Made by a program: the position numbers and the translations under genes. This document shows, in pieces, positions 9,481 to 20,386 of a stretch of DNA of 32,739 bases. Every line of letters begins with the position of its first letter. Position 1 is the stretch's first letter. This DNA comes from Chrysochromulina tobinii. Taxonomy: Eukaryota. Below the pieces are notes generated by a model. It was not told the origin of the DNA and searched no databases. It saw only the letters and a program-made list of their open reading frames with translations. The DNA is taken from positions 1 to 32,739 of the forward strand of contig JWZX01002525.1 in the NCBI GenBank assembly GCA_001275005.1, read 5' to 3'.

Positions 9481-10266
9481 CTAGATCTTGCAGCCTATAA
9501 GCGCATGCATGCCGGAGATGAGGCACTTGAGTGGATCCATGGTGGGATCCCACGTGTCCGGCTCCTTGGCATCGATCTTGCGGCGCGCTTCAGCCTCCCG
9601 GTCGGCCTCTGCCTCGGCCTCGAGGTCGAGCTCGGTACTTGGCCGGCGCACGGTACGCCCCAGCCGGGCGGCCTGCGTAAAGCCCTTGCACTCGTCCAGT
9701 TGCGAGAGACACGAAGGCTTTGATTCAGTACCGGGTGAGTCCTGCGATGAAGACAGCAGTTTCGTGGTGTTTGGCGACATATCTCGTGCATCGTCGTCGA
9801 AATCAAAGCTACGAAAGACGGGCGCCGCCTGCTCCGCCAATGCTGGCCGCCTTGGTCTTGCGTGCGTGCTGGCGAGATTGGCGAGGTTGGCTGCCACTGC
9901 CGCTCGCGACTTCTTGTCGGCGTGAATCGGTGTGAGTTCCTGTTTGGCGTGCTTGATTTTGGAGGGCTGTGTAGCCTGAAGGAGGCGCTCGAGCTCGGCG
10001 GTGCGGCTTCGACCGGCAAAGGGCGAGGGTCGATACGGTTTCGCCGAGCGCATTTGCTCGTTCCAAGAGTTCCAAGAGTCTAGAGAATCGAGGATTAGCT
10101 CAGAGCTTGTTGTGTCGACGGATGGGCAAGGTGAATTGCCAAGCAGCCCGGGCCTCGGAGTTTCGATGCGCGTTGGACAGTCGGACAGGGGGCTGAGACA
10201 GTTGGTTGTTGAGACTGTCTCATCCACGACAAGGCTCGAGCCTCTCTCGACGCAAGGAAAAAACAT
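9481..10266 (-). CDS. Hypothetical protein (start 10266 or 10053)
   Basis: 261-aa ORF with a natural-looking C-terminal half; no recognisable domain. Confidence 0.45.
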   Translation of the reverse strand: MFFPCVERGSSLVVDETVSTTNCLSPLSDCPTRIETPRPGLLGNSPCPSVDTTSSELILDSLDSWNSWNEQMRSAKPYRPSPFAGRSRTAELERLLQATQPSKIKHAKQELTPIHADKKSRAAVAANLANLASTHARPRRPALAEQAAPVFRSFDFDDDARDMSPNTTKLLSSSQDSPGTESKPSCLSQLDECKGFTQAARLGRTVRRPSTELDLEAEAEADREAEARRKIDAKEPDTWDPTMDPLKCLISGMHALIGCKI

Positions 10267-10447
10267 CGGAATTGAAAAGTGGGATTCATCGCGTCACGAA
10301 TTAGGAAGCTTCGAACGTTGTTTGACGATATTCATTCCCAAGTGTGGAATCTATCTGATTGCTCCCAAGTGGACGTACTGACACTTTGACATGAACTCTG
10401 CGACACAACACTCTCGGACACCTCGGGGGTCTGCCAACTCAGCGACC

Positions 10448-11728
10448 TCACTCCTTCTTCTTGGCCGCCTGCTCCTTGAGCATCTGGCGGTACATGCACA
10501 GCGGCATGGTGAGCGAGGAAATTGCTCCGAAGAGCGCCTGCGAGTACAGGATGGTCTTGAAATCGTTATTCTTCGCCAGGGCCGACGCCCACGGGTTCCA
10601 CAGCGCCGAAGCGGCGAAGCCCGAGGCGTCGAAGATATTGGTGAAGAGTGCGGTGCCCTTCTTGCCGCCGATCTGCATCGCAAACTCACCGGGCGGAATG
10701 TAGAAGGGGAGCGCGTATGCGAGGCCCCAGAGGACAGTGAGCGGCACCACCGCGAGCTGCGGCAGGACCGACGGTCCGAGACTGAGCACGAAGGGCACCA
10801 GCGCGCACAGCAGGAGCTCTACGAGCACCAGCAGCGCCTTGCTGGATTTCGTCAGCCTCTTGTAGTATTCGCCCACGCCGAGGAGGCCGATCACGGAACC
10901 TCCCTGCGCGACGCCGCCGAGCGTGGCTGCCATACCATGGTCAAATCCGTACGACGTGTGCAGCAGCTGCGGGAGGTAGTTCATGAAGAACTGCGTGTAC
11001 GTGAACGTGACCGTCTTTGGGATGAGCATGAGCCAAAAGTCGAGAGAAAGAAAGGCGCCGAGGATCGACACATCCGCGGCGGGTGGCTCCCCGGCCTTCT
11101 TGTCGCCGCTGGTGCCCGATTTGGGGTCGCTCGACTTCGGCGCCTCGACCGCTGGCGCGCTGGCCGCTACGAACTTGTACCCGCAAAAGAGCAGGAGCAG
11201 TGCCTGCAGCGGCAGCATCGGATATTGCACCGAGCGCCAGTGGAAGCCGGCTGTGAGGAGCTGACCGAAGAAGACGTTTCCGATCGTCGCGCCGAAGCGT
11301 GAGGCGGATGCAGTGAAGGCGAGCTGCGCCGATTTCTGCTTGTCGTCAGTGTAGACGGCTCCGATGACTTGAACGATTGCTCCCCAAGTGATCGTATAAG
11401 CGAACGAGTTGAGCCACCACGCGAGGCCGAAGATGTCGACGGATTGCGAGTAGATGGAGGCAAAGGTGGCGAAGATCCAGATGCTGAAGACGCTGATGAG
11501 CACGGGCCAGCCGCCGAGCCGGTCAGTGAACGCAGCGCCGAGCAGCTTGCCGGCGAGGCAGACGATCGAGACAAAGGACAGCTGCGCTCCGACCTTGTCC
11601 TCGAACTCAGCGCCCATCACGGCGTCGGCGAGGACGGAGGTCTTGATGGCCGGGATCATCACACGCCCCATCTGGTTGATCAGCACCGCGGAGAAGAGCA
11701 GCCATGAGGTTGCATCGAAGGCTGGCAT
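10448..11728 (-). CDS. Major facilitator superfamily transporter (possibly OPA/GlpT-like), ~426 aa
   Basis: About 12 hydrophobic segments in a 6+6 arrangement around a central polar loop; MFS motif A-like GKLLGAAFTDRLGGW; ATG at 11728 (MPAFDATSW). Confidence 0.9.
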   Translation of the reverse strand: MPAFDATSWLLFSAVLINQMGRVMIPAIKTSVLADAVMGAEFEDKVGAQLSFVSIVCLAGKLLGAAFTDRLGGWPVLISVFSIWIFATFASIYSQSVDIFGLAWWLNSFAYTITWGAIVQVIGAVYTDDKQKSAQLAFTASASRFGATIGNVFFGQLLTAGFHWRSVQYPMLPLQALLLLFCGYKFVAASAPAVEAPKSSDPKSGTSGDKKAGEPPAADVSILGAFLSLDFWLMLIPKTVTFTYTQFFMNYLPQLLHTSYGFDHGMAATLGGVAQGGSVIGLLGVGEYYKRLTKSSKALLVLVELLLCALVPFVLSLGPSVLPQLAVVPLTVLWGLAYALPFYIPPGEFAMQIGGKKGTALFTNIFDASGFAASALWNPWASALAKNNDFKTILYSQALFGAISSLTMPLCMYRQMLKEQAAKKKE

Positions 11729-11990
11729 TCCCCGACGGTCTGTCTGTCGGGCACACCTAACGCTTAGGGAGATTGTGGATGCCGGAACTTGAACTGCTAC
11801 CTTCAACGGAAGACTATCAGATGAAACCATGAAACCAGGCTACCCCCCTTCTTTGGTGGAACATATCGCGTCGTGATGAACGCAAATATCTCCACGTGGA
11901 ATTCCCGTTGTGTTGGTTGCCCGTTCCGCCTGCCGGGGTTTCCTGAAGAGGGCGTCTTGTCTGCGTTGGCGCACCCAGCAGTTCCTCGGC

Positions 11991-13754
11991 ATGAGCGGCG
12001 CGATCACCGGGCGCGCGCCGCGCACGACCGGTTTCACGTCCTTCACCACGCCCGATGGTGTCGGGCCGGGCTCGTACGTCAAGCAAACTGACCGTGAGGT
12101 GCCAGTCCACGGCTTTGCGCCGTTCTCCTCGACGACTGAACGTGCGGGTGTCATTGCAAAGGGGTCCGAGAAGCTGCCTGGACCGGGCGCTTACACGACG
12201 ACTTTCGACAACACGCTTGGGCGAACCCCATTGCAGCCCAACGGCGTACCATCCGGCGCAGGCGCCTCATTTTCGAGCAAGGTAACTCGAATTCCCGGCG
12301 GGCTCAACACTTTGGCTTCGCAACCTGGCCCAGGGCAGTACGAGGTGGCGCCGGCTGCGCAGTTGTTTGAGCGCGTCGGTAAGCCATCGCTCGCTGGCGG
12401 CGCAGGCAGGCGCGCGACGCCGAAGCCAGTGCGTCAGGGCCCACCCTCCATCCCCGTAAGGGAGCAGAGCTTTGGCTACGAGGACGCTGGCACAGGCGAG
12501 CTCCGCATGCAGCAGCCGCCAGAGGGCGGGTACTCGGGCGTGAGCGGGCGCCGATCTGCCGGCCCTGGAGAGTACGAGCCGACCAAAGCGACCGCGCTCA
12601 TCAAGCCTGCGCCCATATGTCCCAATTTTGGCAACAGTCGCGTGCTGCGTGCCGTCTTTGCCGAGAGCTCTGATACGCCCGGGCCGGGCGCATACACCTC
12701 AGCAGAAGCTGACGGGCGCCGCGTGAAATCTTCGGCCAACTTCCTCTCGCGAACGCCGCTCGCATACCAGAAGCTGATCGATCCGGAGAAGCTCGTGCCC
12801 GGCCCCGGCTCGTACAGTGCGCCGCCGAGCATCGTGCCGAAGGCGGTGCCCGAGAACCTGCAAGCCTTCGGCTCGACGCAGAAGCGTCTCTCGTCCGACG
12901 CTCTGACGCCCTTTGAGCGGGCTCGGATGGCCCAGCCCGGCCCGGGCGCCTACGAGGAGCGACGCACCCTAGCCGGCGCCGTGGGCGCCACGCAGCCCGG
13001 CACATTGGCCCAGCCCCCCACCGCTGAGCGCGCTGGCCGCTCTGGGTTCAACTCGTCCACAGTGCGCTTCATCCCTCTTCAGAAGGGTGACAAGCCTGGA
13101 CCGGGGCAGTACGATGCCAACGATCAGCAGTCCTTCGTGGCTGCACTCGGTCGCAAGCCACACGGTCGAAATGGCGTCTTCGGCTCCACGACGCGCCGCT
13201 TCCATGCGCTCAAGCAAGACCCCGTGCCCGGCGCAGGCGCTTACAATCCGGTCACGCCGGGCGAAAACGAGGCCGAGCGCGATGAGGGGCCTTCGTCCGC
13301 GTTCGCGTCCGGGGTGCAGCGGTTCACGAAGAGCGCGCCGACGCGCGTCTCCTCCAAGACCGGGCGTGACAAGGATCCAGTGCCTCCGCCGTGGCAGTAC
13401 TACCCCCGCACAGACAACGCGTGGGAGGGGACCCATGTGCACCAGGGCGCGGCCTCTGCCAAGCAGAACCGTACGTTCCTCTCGACGGTGGAGCGATTCC
13501 CGGCGGGCGAGATGGGCGGCGGCACAAAAATCCCCACAGGCCCAGGGCCTGGCCAGTACGCGCCCAAGCATCCGCACGACGGCTTCCGCAAGCAGCAGAC
13601 GACTGCGATGTGCTTCGGCACCAAGGAAGGGCGCTTCGACGGGCCACGTGGCGTCTTCTCGGGCGTGGCGCCCACCCCTGGCCCCGGCCAGTACGAATCC
13701 GCGGAGATCTTCGACCCGCTGATCAAGCGCTCGTTCAACATCACGATCGGCTAG
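11991..13754 (+). CDS. SHIPPO-1/ODF3/STPG-type PGPGxY-repeat flagellar microtubule-associated protein (STPG2-like), ~587 aa
   Basis: About ten PGPGxY-type repeats alternate with F-x-S-x-x-x-R-F motifs; begins MSGAITGRAPR..GVGPGSY. Confidence 0.85.
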   Translation: MSGAITGRAPRTTGFTSFTTPDGVGPGSYVKQTDREVPVHGFAPFSSTTERAGVIAKGSEKLPGPGAYTTTFDNTLGRTPLQPNGVPSGAGASFSSKVTRIPGGLNTLASQPGPGQYEVAPAAQLFERVGKPSLAGGAGRRATPKPVRQGPPSIPVREQSFGYEDAGTGELRMQQPPEGGYSGVSGRRSAGPGEYEPTKATALIKPAPICPNFGNSRVLRAVFAESSDTPGPGAYTSAEADGRRVKSSANFLSRTPLAYQKLIDPEKLVPGPGSYSAPPSIVPKAVPENLQAFGSTQKRLSSDALTPFERARMAQPGPGAYEERRTLAGAVGATQPGTLAQPPTAERAGRSGFNSSTVRFIPLQKGDKPGPGQYDANDQQSFVAALGRKPHGRNGVFGSTTRRFHALKQDPVPGAGAYNPVTPGENEAERDEGPSSAFASGVQRFTKSAPTRVSSKTGRDKDPVPPPWQYYPRTDNAWEGTHVHQGAASAKQNRTFLSTVERFPAGEMGGGTKIPTGPGPGQYAPKHPHDGFRKQQTTAMCFGTKEGRFDGPRGVFSGVAPTPGPGQYESAEIFDPLIKRSFNITIG

Positions 13755-14448
13755 GCTCACGCGGAGGGACTGCTGCGCCGTTGCGAGTCCTCCGAGATAT
13801 GCTCCGAGATATGCTCCGAGAGCGAGAGCCGAGCCTTGTCGACGCCAGTGGATATGGTTGCCGAGCGGAGCGCGTGGAGTCTGGAGACTCCCCCTATTGG
13901 GAGGCTTGCCCTCTCAAGAGGAGAGGGGCGGAGACTCGCGCGTGGGAAGTGAAGCGCCCGCCTCTGAGCTCTGTGGCCACGCAGATGGAAGCTGCGCTGT
14001 CATGTGATAGAGATTCATTCATTGGACTGGCGTGGGGACTGACAAGGGACGCCACGGTGAAGGTGAGGCGTTTTGAGGTGTGTCGGCTTCCATCGCCACT
14101 GGTGCAGGCACTTTGTAGACACAACGCGGAACGCGTGGCGCGTTATTTTCTGCCCGCAATTTGCCCCCGCCCTCGCCCACGCCTCGTTTTTCGGACGCAC
14201 CATTGCAGATTGCACCCCGCGCCCCACTGCACTCTGCAGAATCGCTGCTCGTCCGACGGGGCGTCGACGGCGACGCTCAGGCGATGCGTCACGCGACCCG
14301 GCGCGGCGCGGGCGCGGGCGTCGCGTCGTTGCTCGTTAAGTTGCTCGTTCCTAAACACGATTGGCCTGTGTGGAAGACAAGTGTGAAGAGGGCTTGGGCG
14401 ACAATTCCTCAGGGTTCCGGCGGCCTCGTCCGGGCCCGACAGACGAAG

Positions 14449-16947
14449 ATGGTCCTCCAGCGCGAGGTGCTCTACAGCCTCCTCGGTTACACGGGCCGCG
14501 TGGTCGTCGAGGTGGCGCCCGGCCAGCTCGAGCTCGCCGCTGGCCTGCCGCTCGTCGATGCTTCCGAGCACGCGCTCGTCCGGCGGCTGCTCGTGCTCGG
14601 CGGCTGCTACTGCGTACTTGACGCCTTCGTGTCGTCGCAGCTTGTGAGCTGCGACGGCGGCGAAGACGGCCGTCAGGGCACACGCCGATCGCGCGGCGCG
14701 TACGTCGTCGCCTTCGCGCACGGCCTCGACGAGTGCCTTCAGCCGTACCGGGCGCGCGTGCTTGACCTGGAGCAGCAGCTTCTGCGCTCGCCCGCCCTCT
14801 CGCTTGCGGCGCTGCAGCTGGGCTTCGGCGAATTTGAGCTCACGCTGCCCGCACTGCGCCGGCTGCTCGAGGACGTCGAGCACCGACAGCTGCGCGGCGT
14901 CGCGCTCCTCGACTTTCTGCACGACGAGGTCGCCAGCTGCACGCACTCCTTACGTGACGCGTTGCGCGTGCTCGTGCGGCATGCGCAGCGCGTGCTGCGC
15001 TCGCAGCTGGCTGCGTGGCTGCTGCACGGCGAGTTGCTGCCCGGCGACGGCGACTTCTTCATCGAGCGTGCCAAGCCACCCGCCGCTCACGCCCACTCGG
15101 CTGCTGCTGCTGCCGCAGGCGAGGCGGGCGCTGCTGCTGCTGCAGCTGCGAACTGCCTCGAACGTTCGAATGCCAGCGGCGCCTCTCCTGGCGCCGGCGC
15201 TGCTGCAGCGGGCACATCGAACGCGGCCACGGACGATGACGGCGCGGTCGGTTGGAGCGCCTTCGAAGTGGCCGTGGCGCGCAAGCCTGCTTCGCTCCCG
15301 ATGCGCGTGGTGGAGCGCATCCTCTTCATCGGAAAAGCGGTTCGCGTGCTGCGTGCGTCCGAGCAGAAGCAGGCGGACGCGGCGCGGCTGGCGCTCGTGG
15401 CGCGCGACGCGAAGCGGCTCGCCGCTGCGGAGGCAGACGAGCTCGCACCGCCGCTCTCGCCCACCTCGCTACTCACGGCAAGGCTCAGCGCAACGTCGCC
15501 GCCGCGACTCTCGCTGCGCTCGCCGCCGCAGCAACTGTCGTCGGTGCCGAGCCCACGAAGCCCGGCGCTTCAACCCGAGGCGGCGGCGGCGGCGGGCGTG
15601 GGCGGCGTGGCGAGTGCGCGCGCCATGCTCGCGGCGGCTGAGGCGTCTCTTGAGGCGGCCGAGCTGCGGCAGCAGCAGGCGGCGGTCGCTGAGGTACATG
15701 CCGAGGCGGAGGGTCTCGCCGCCCTCAGGGCGCTCTCTCGAGGGCGTCGTCGCGGGCATACGGGCGGCGCCGTGGATGAGGGAGAGGGTCCGCCGTTGGA
15801 GGGCGGCGTCGAAGAGGTGGAGCAGCCTGCCGACGTCGACGGGCGGACGGGGCGCTTCGGCAGCGCCGTGTTGGGCAGCGCCCACGGTCTGCCGACGGGC
15901 TCGCGCGCGTCCGCCTTGATGCGTCGGGAGCTCGAGGCGGCCGCGCATGCGCTGCGACGGTTGCCCACGAGCGACGGCCTCGTGCAGCTCGCCCCTCTCG
16001 AGGCACTCCTCGCGCGCCTCCACCGTGTCGCGTCCTCCTCGCTCTGGCGCCATCTCACCATCGAAGGAGGCCTCCTTGACCTGCTGCGCGCGATGAATGG
16101 CTACTTTTTGCTCGCCAAGGGCAACGTCTGGCACACGCTGCTCGAGGAGCTGCGCCCTTCGATGGCCGAGCGCCCGAACGCTCACCTCGACCTGAGCGCA
16201 GCGCTGCTGCATGCGACCAGCGCTGAGCCGCCCGAGCCTCACTTGCACGGCCTGCGGCTCGTGCTCCTCCCGAGCGCTGTACCGGGCGCCTCGGCGTACG
16301 AATGCTGGCGAGGCCTGACGCTGACCCTCGCGGTGCCGTGGCCGTTGCAACTGCTGATGCACTCGGCGTCCATCGCGCGTTATTCGGAACTCTTCCGCTT
16401 CCTTCTCCTTGTCAAGCGCGTCCAGCTTGAACTCCAAGCGGCCTGGATCGAGCAGGCGCACTTTTCGCGCCTACCCGCTGAGCAGCGCGCGCTGCTGCTG
16501 CCGCTCTGGCGGCTGCGTGCTCACATGGCCTTCCTCATCGACAACCTGCAGTCCTACCTGATGGTGGACGTGCTCGAGGCGCAATGGCAGTCTTTCATGC
16601 GCGTCGCTGAGACGTGCGCCGACTTTGAGGCGCTCGCGGGCGCGCACGAGGCGTGCCTGAGCGCGCTGCACGCGCAGTGCTTTCTACAGGCCTCCTCCGT
16701 CGCCACCGCGCTGCACGAGATCTTTCAGCTCTGCCTCGCTCTCTGCCGCATGCTCTCGTACGCCGACCGGGGCACGCGCGCCGAGGCCGCCTACCGCTCG
16801 CAGTTTGCGACCGTCTCGCGCGAGTTCAGCCGGCAGTCGGCCTTCCTCTTCGCCTTCCTGTCCAACATGTCCTCGCCGCAGGCGTCGCCCCACCTCGCGC
16901 AGCTGTTGCTGCGGCTCAACTTCAACTCCTTCTGGCGCCCCGGGTGA
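14449..16947 (+). CDS. TUBGCP4: Gamma-tubulin complex component 4 (~832 aa, with Ala-rich inserts)
   Basis: Starts directly with the GRIP1-like MVLQREVLYSLLGYTG, as in GCP4. Also has LAAWLLHGEL..DFFI, ERILFIGKAV, YFLLAKG, VPWPLQLL, YSELFRFLLLVKRVQLEL, LRAHMAFLIDNLQSYLMVDVLEAQ and SPHLAQLLLRLNFN. Confidence 0.93.
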   Translation: MVLQREVLYSLLGYTGRVVVEVAPGQLELAAGLPLVDASEHALVRRLLVLGGCYCVLDAFVSSQLVSCDGGEDGRQGTRRSRGAYVVAFAHGLDECLQPYRARVLDLEQQLLRSPALSLAALQLGFGEFELTLPALRRLLEDVEHRQLRGVALLDFLHDEVASCTHSLRDALRVLVRHAQRVLRSQLAAWLLHGELLPGDGDFFIERAKPPAAHAHSAAAAAAGEAGAAAAAAANCLERSNASGASPGAGAAAAGTSNAATDDDGAVGWSAFEVAVARKPASLPMRVVERILFIGKAVRVLRASEQKQADAARLALVARDAKRLAAAEADELAPPLSPTSLLTARLSATSPPRLSLRSPPQQLSSVPSPRSPALQPEAAAAAGVGGVASARAMLAAAEASLEAAELRQQQAAVAEVHAEAEGLAALRALSRGRRRGHTGGAVDEGEGPPLEGGVEEVEQPADVDGRTGRFGSAVLGSAHGLPTGSRASALMRRELEAAAHALRRLPTSDGLVQLAPLEALLARLHRVASSSLWRHLTIEGGLLDLLRAMNGYFLLAKGNVWHTLLEELRPSMAERPNAHLDLSAALLHATSAEPPEPHLHGLRLVLLPSAVPGASAYECWRGLTLTLAVPWPLQLLMHSASIARYSELFRFLLLVKRVQLELQAAWIEQAHFSRLPAEQRALLLPLWRLRAHMAFLIDNLQSYLMVDVLEAQWQSFMRVAETCADFEALAGAHEACLSALHAQCFLQASSVATALHEIFQLCLALCRMLSYADRGTRAEAAYRSQFATVSREFSRQSAFLFAFLSNMSSPQASPHLAQLLLRLNFNSFWRPG

Positions 16948-17392
16948 CGTAGAGAGCATGCCTTGCAGGGACCGGTGTCGGGGCTCGGGGCGGGGGCGCG
17001 TAGAGAGACAGCCCCAAAACCCGTCCCCAATTCAGAGTTTCCAAATTAGTCGTAAATTTGAGACAATCTAAATTACACGTAATTAAAAAGTTATCTGGCG
17101 CCCGGAGTGAGAGGGTGTGGGCCATCGCACGAACGCGGGCAGCAGCAGGGTGCCTGGGTGTGGGTGCCGGGCGTCCCTACGCTTGTTTAAGACTTTTTGA
17201 TAGGATATCAGATGTCCAGTTCCCCGTGTCTGGCCGCCCGAGGTTCTGGTCGGCGCGCCGATGGCCCCAGCATCTCCTTTACGCGCTGATACACCGTCGC
17301 TCACTCCTCCTCGCGCCATCATGGGCAACAAAAATTCCGACGGACTGCTCGATTTCCCCGCCACTTACGAGCAGTGCGTACCGTGACGCCGG

Positions 17393-20092
17393 ATGAGTCT
17401 TCGCTCCAGCACCCCCCCGCTCCTTCCGGGCTTCTCGAACAAGGGCGTCCACGGAGGTTACGAGGAGGAGGACGAGACGCGTGAGCCTCCTCCCTTCTCG
17501 GGCCACGCTCAACGTCCGAACGACCAGGGCGGGCCCTTCACGCTCCACCCTGCACAGAGCGCAAGCCTCGCTCCGGGCACGCAGCCGCCGTGGTTTGGCC
17601 GCGATCCGTTGCGTGCTGGCGAGAAGCGGCCTGCCGCCGCGTATTTCCCGTGTGCAGACGCCGAGTTCTTGGAATCCCTCGGCGAACCCGTCGCGGTCGG
17701 CTCTCTTGCGGAGAGCACCGTACGGAGCACCTGGCGAGCCACAGACGCTCCGGAGCTCGCTGCCGGAACCGCAGCCATACCCGTGGAGCGCGCAGCCGAT
17801 CCTTCCGCCGTCGCCGACCATTCGCCCCCATCCGCCGCCGTTGCTTCCCGAGCTGGTTCGAACGCGGCCGCGAGCAAAGTGGGAAAGCAGCCTGTGCCCG
17901 CCCCTCGGGGGTCTGGCGGCTGGACTGAACTGAGCGATCGGGGCCCGCCGATGCCGCCATCAGTGGAGGTGGCGCACGACGCGGCACCTGCGGGAGAGCC
18001 GCCAGCCAAGAGACAGCGTACGTCGCGAGATGCCGCTGCTGCGCGGACCGTGGCGGATGTCGACTCGGACGAGGAGGATGTACTGATGGGCCTACTTGGT
18101 GGCGAGCAGCCGGGACGGCGAGAGGGCAAGCAGCCCATCGCCCAAGCCACAGGCCCACGCGGGAAGAAGAGACGGGCGCCCATGGGCGCTGCGCCTGCGG
18201 CGGCAAGCGCTGTGGCGCCGAGCGCCGCGCCAAACGCCGCGTCGCGCGCAGCACCTCCCAAGCCGTGTGCCTGCACCTGGCCCGGCTGCGACATGCGCTT
18301 CAGAGACAAGGGCGGCCTCAAAGTGCACATGCGCAAGCACACGGGCGAACAGCCGTTCCCTTGCACCTGGGTTGGCTGCGACAAGCGCTTCTCGATGAAG
18401 TGGAACCTCGCAACGCACATGCGCACGCACACGGGCGACCGTCCGTTCCCTTGCACCTGGGATGGCTGCGACAAGCGCTTCTCGCAGCAGTGCAGCCTCA
18501 TCGATCACATGCGCACGCACACGGGCGACCGTCCGTTCCCTTGCTCCTGGGATGGCTGCGGTATGTGCTTCTCGCAGCAGTGCCACCTCGCAACGCACAT
18601 GCGCACATACGACCACTCGGCGGAGGCGGTGGCGCGGCGCGCTCGTCTCGCGCGTTGGCGGGAGCAGCAGCAGCCCCTCGTCTGCCAAGCGGCGGCAAAG
18701 GGGCCGCTGCCTCTCCTGCGCCTCTTGGACGGCTTTGTTGGCCAGCTGACTGCGCGCGGGATCTCGTCGGCCCTGGAGCGCGCGCTTCGCTTCGCTCGCC
18801 GCGGCCTCGATTCCACCGACGAGCCACCCGATGGCGATGCGGAGTCGAGCGTGCCCACGGTCGCAGCCGAGCTCGAGGTGAGCCCCTCGGAGGACGACGA
18901 GTCGGAGCTGGACGATGGAGGGCCCGTGTTCGAGGAGGCAGCCCCCGAGCTGGCTGAGACGTCATCCCCGGAGCCCATGACGAGCGCCGGAGCCACTGAG
19001 GCCCTCGGCATCCTTGGCCGCCTTCGCCCCCGCCTGCCTCTGGGCAAAAATCTCGCGGCCGAGGTTGCGCGCCTCGAGGTGGATCTCCATCGCGTGATTA
19101 CCGTGGAGGCCACCCTATCGGCGGCGGACGCTGCTCGCGGGGTGGACGCTGCCACGCTGGATGAGGTGGCGAGGGCGGGCGCTGAGTCGCTGCGCGCGTG
19201 CTTCGAGGGACGCGCTTCGACCGGGTCGACGGTGCCCGCGGTGGCCACGCTGGCGGCGACGCCGACGAGCGAGGCAGGGCCGTGCTTCGCTCAGCGCCCG
19301 CTCGTCATCCTTAAGTGCATGCGGCACAGCGCGTACTCGGATGGGCCTTCCAAAGATCCGCGGCAGCGGGCCTGCGCCGAGCGGTCGCCAGGCGATCGGT
19401 TGCGGTCGCTGGGCAGCCTGATGCCGTACGACCCGAACTCGTGGACGCTCACCGGAGCGGACTCGATGTACGCGCAGTACATCTCGTGGCCCTCGTCCGA
19501 GCCGCTGCCGCCCCAGTTTGTCGACTCCCCGGGCAGCCACGTGAGGATCGAGGTCGGCACCGACATCGTAGCCGCCTGCGCGCCCTTCGCCGTCGCCACC
19601 CGCGCGCATGCAGGCCGCCTCGAGATGAGCCCGGAGGCGATCGAGCGCGTCGTCACGCTCAACATGTCTGCGTGCGTCGCCGCATGCTGCTCCCTTGAGA
19701 TGCATCCGGGGAAGGGCGCGCCAGATCGCGCGCAGATCCTGCGCGTCGAGTGCTACGGCAACGGCGTCGATGATGAGGACGCCGCGGCCGGTCCGAAGCA
19801 CGTCGACCATGCGAATCGACCGCTGTACCTCGGCATGCGCCTCGGGCATCTGTACCTCCAAAAGTACGGACACCCTGGCGGCTCTAGCTGGGGCCTGACC
19901 ATCCGGGGCGCGGGGCGGGGCCATGTGCTCGTCCGAGCGGTCGCGCACGGCGGGGGGGTCGTAGAGCCCAGCATGACTCATTGGGCGCTGACTGTGGCGA
20001 CCGCGGTCCGCCTGACGCAGCCGGTGGCGTTCCACGAGCCGACCTGCGTCGGCGACGTTTTCACGTCCCAGCTCGTGCGCCTGGTGCTCTGA
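17393..20092 (+). CDS. C2H2 zinc-finger protein (4 fingers) with a probable C-terminal 2OG-Fe(II) dioxygenase-like domain, 899 aa
   Basis: Four C-x4-C-x12-H-x3-H-type fingers with TGEQP/TGDRP linkers at ~18266-18616 (the last is atypical). C-terminal region has RVECY...GPKHVD (HxD at 19799-19807), SWGLTIRG, a distal H at 20033 and terminal LVR. Fingers are certain; the dioxygenase call is inferred. Confidence 0.85.
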   Translation: MSLRSSTPPLLPGFSNKGVHGGYEEEDETREPPPFSGHAQRPNDQGGPFTLHPAQSASLAPGTQPPWFGRDPLRAGEKRPAAAYFPCADAEFLESLGEPVAVGSLAESTVRSTWRATDAPELAAGTAAIPVERAADPSAVADHSPPSAAVASRAGSNAAASKVGKQPVPAPRGSGGWTELSDRGPPMPPSVEVAHDAAPAGEPPAKRQRTSRDAAAARTVADVDSDEEDVLMGLLGGEQPGRREGKQPIAQATGPRGKKRRAPMGAAPAAASAVAPSAAPNAASRAAPPKPCACTWPGCDMRFRDKGGLKVHMRKHTGEQPFPCTWVGCDKRFSMKWNLATHMRTHTGDRPFPCTWDGCDKRFSQQCSLIDHMRTHTGDRPFPCSWDGCGMCFSQQCHLATHMRTYDHSAEAVARRARLARWREQQQPLVCQAAAKGPLPLLRLLDGFVGQLTARGISSALERALRFARRGLDSTDEPPDGDAESSVPTVAAELEVSPSEDDESELDDGGPVFEEAAPELAETSSPEPMTSAGATEALGILGRLRPRLPLGKNLAAEVARLEVDLHRVITVEATLSAADAARGVDAATLDEVARAGAESLRACFEGRASTGSTVPAVATLAATPTSEAGPCFAQRPLVILKCMRHSAYSDGPSKDPRQRACAERSPGDRLRSLGSLMPYDPNSWTLTGADSMYAQYISWPSSEPLPPQFVDSPGSHVRIEVGTDIVAACAPFAVATRAHAGRLEMSPEAIERVVTLNMSACVAACCSLEMHPGKGAPDRAQILRVECYGNGVDDEDAAAGPKHVDHANRPLYLGMRLGHLYLQKYGHPGGSSWGLTIRGAGRGHVLVRAVAHGGGVVEPSMTHWALTVATAVRLTQPVAFHEPTCVGDVFTSQLVRLVL

Positions 20093-20319
20093 GAGAGAGA
20101 GGCGCTCCCACGGTACGGCGAAGAGGTGGAGATACCCGGTACATCTTTAATCATAGTAAACTTTTCACAGCGGGTTCTCGCCTTCACTCACCCATTGATC
20201 CGCAACCGACGCGCGCTGCGGTTGTCGCGTCCGATGTGTTAGCGTTCACACAGACAAACTCTGCAGGTCTTCAGTTTGTGTTTCGTTTCGCGAAAGCCCA
20301 AACAAAAAAAGGAAGACGT

Positions 20320-20386
20320 TGCGTTGAGGCACCTCAGCAGCCGGCCAGCTCCTCTGCGTTGAGGCACCTCAGCAGCCGGCCAGCTC
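20320..20386. repeat. 32-bp direct repeat x2 (period 35)
   Basis: TGCGTTGAGGCACCTCAGCAGCCGGCCAGCTC at 20320 and 20355. Confidence 0.9.

Noticed and set aside
13790..13820. 12-bp repeat TCCGAGATATGC x2.5 after the STPG-like stop
   Set aside because: Short slippage repeat with no evidence of function
11991..16947. STPG-like and GCP4 genes as a functional microtubule cluster
   Set aside because: Adjacency of two cytoskeletal genes in a compact genome is unremarkable without synteny evidence
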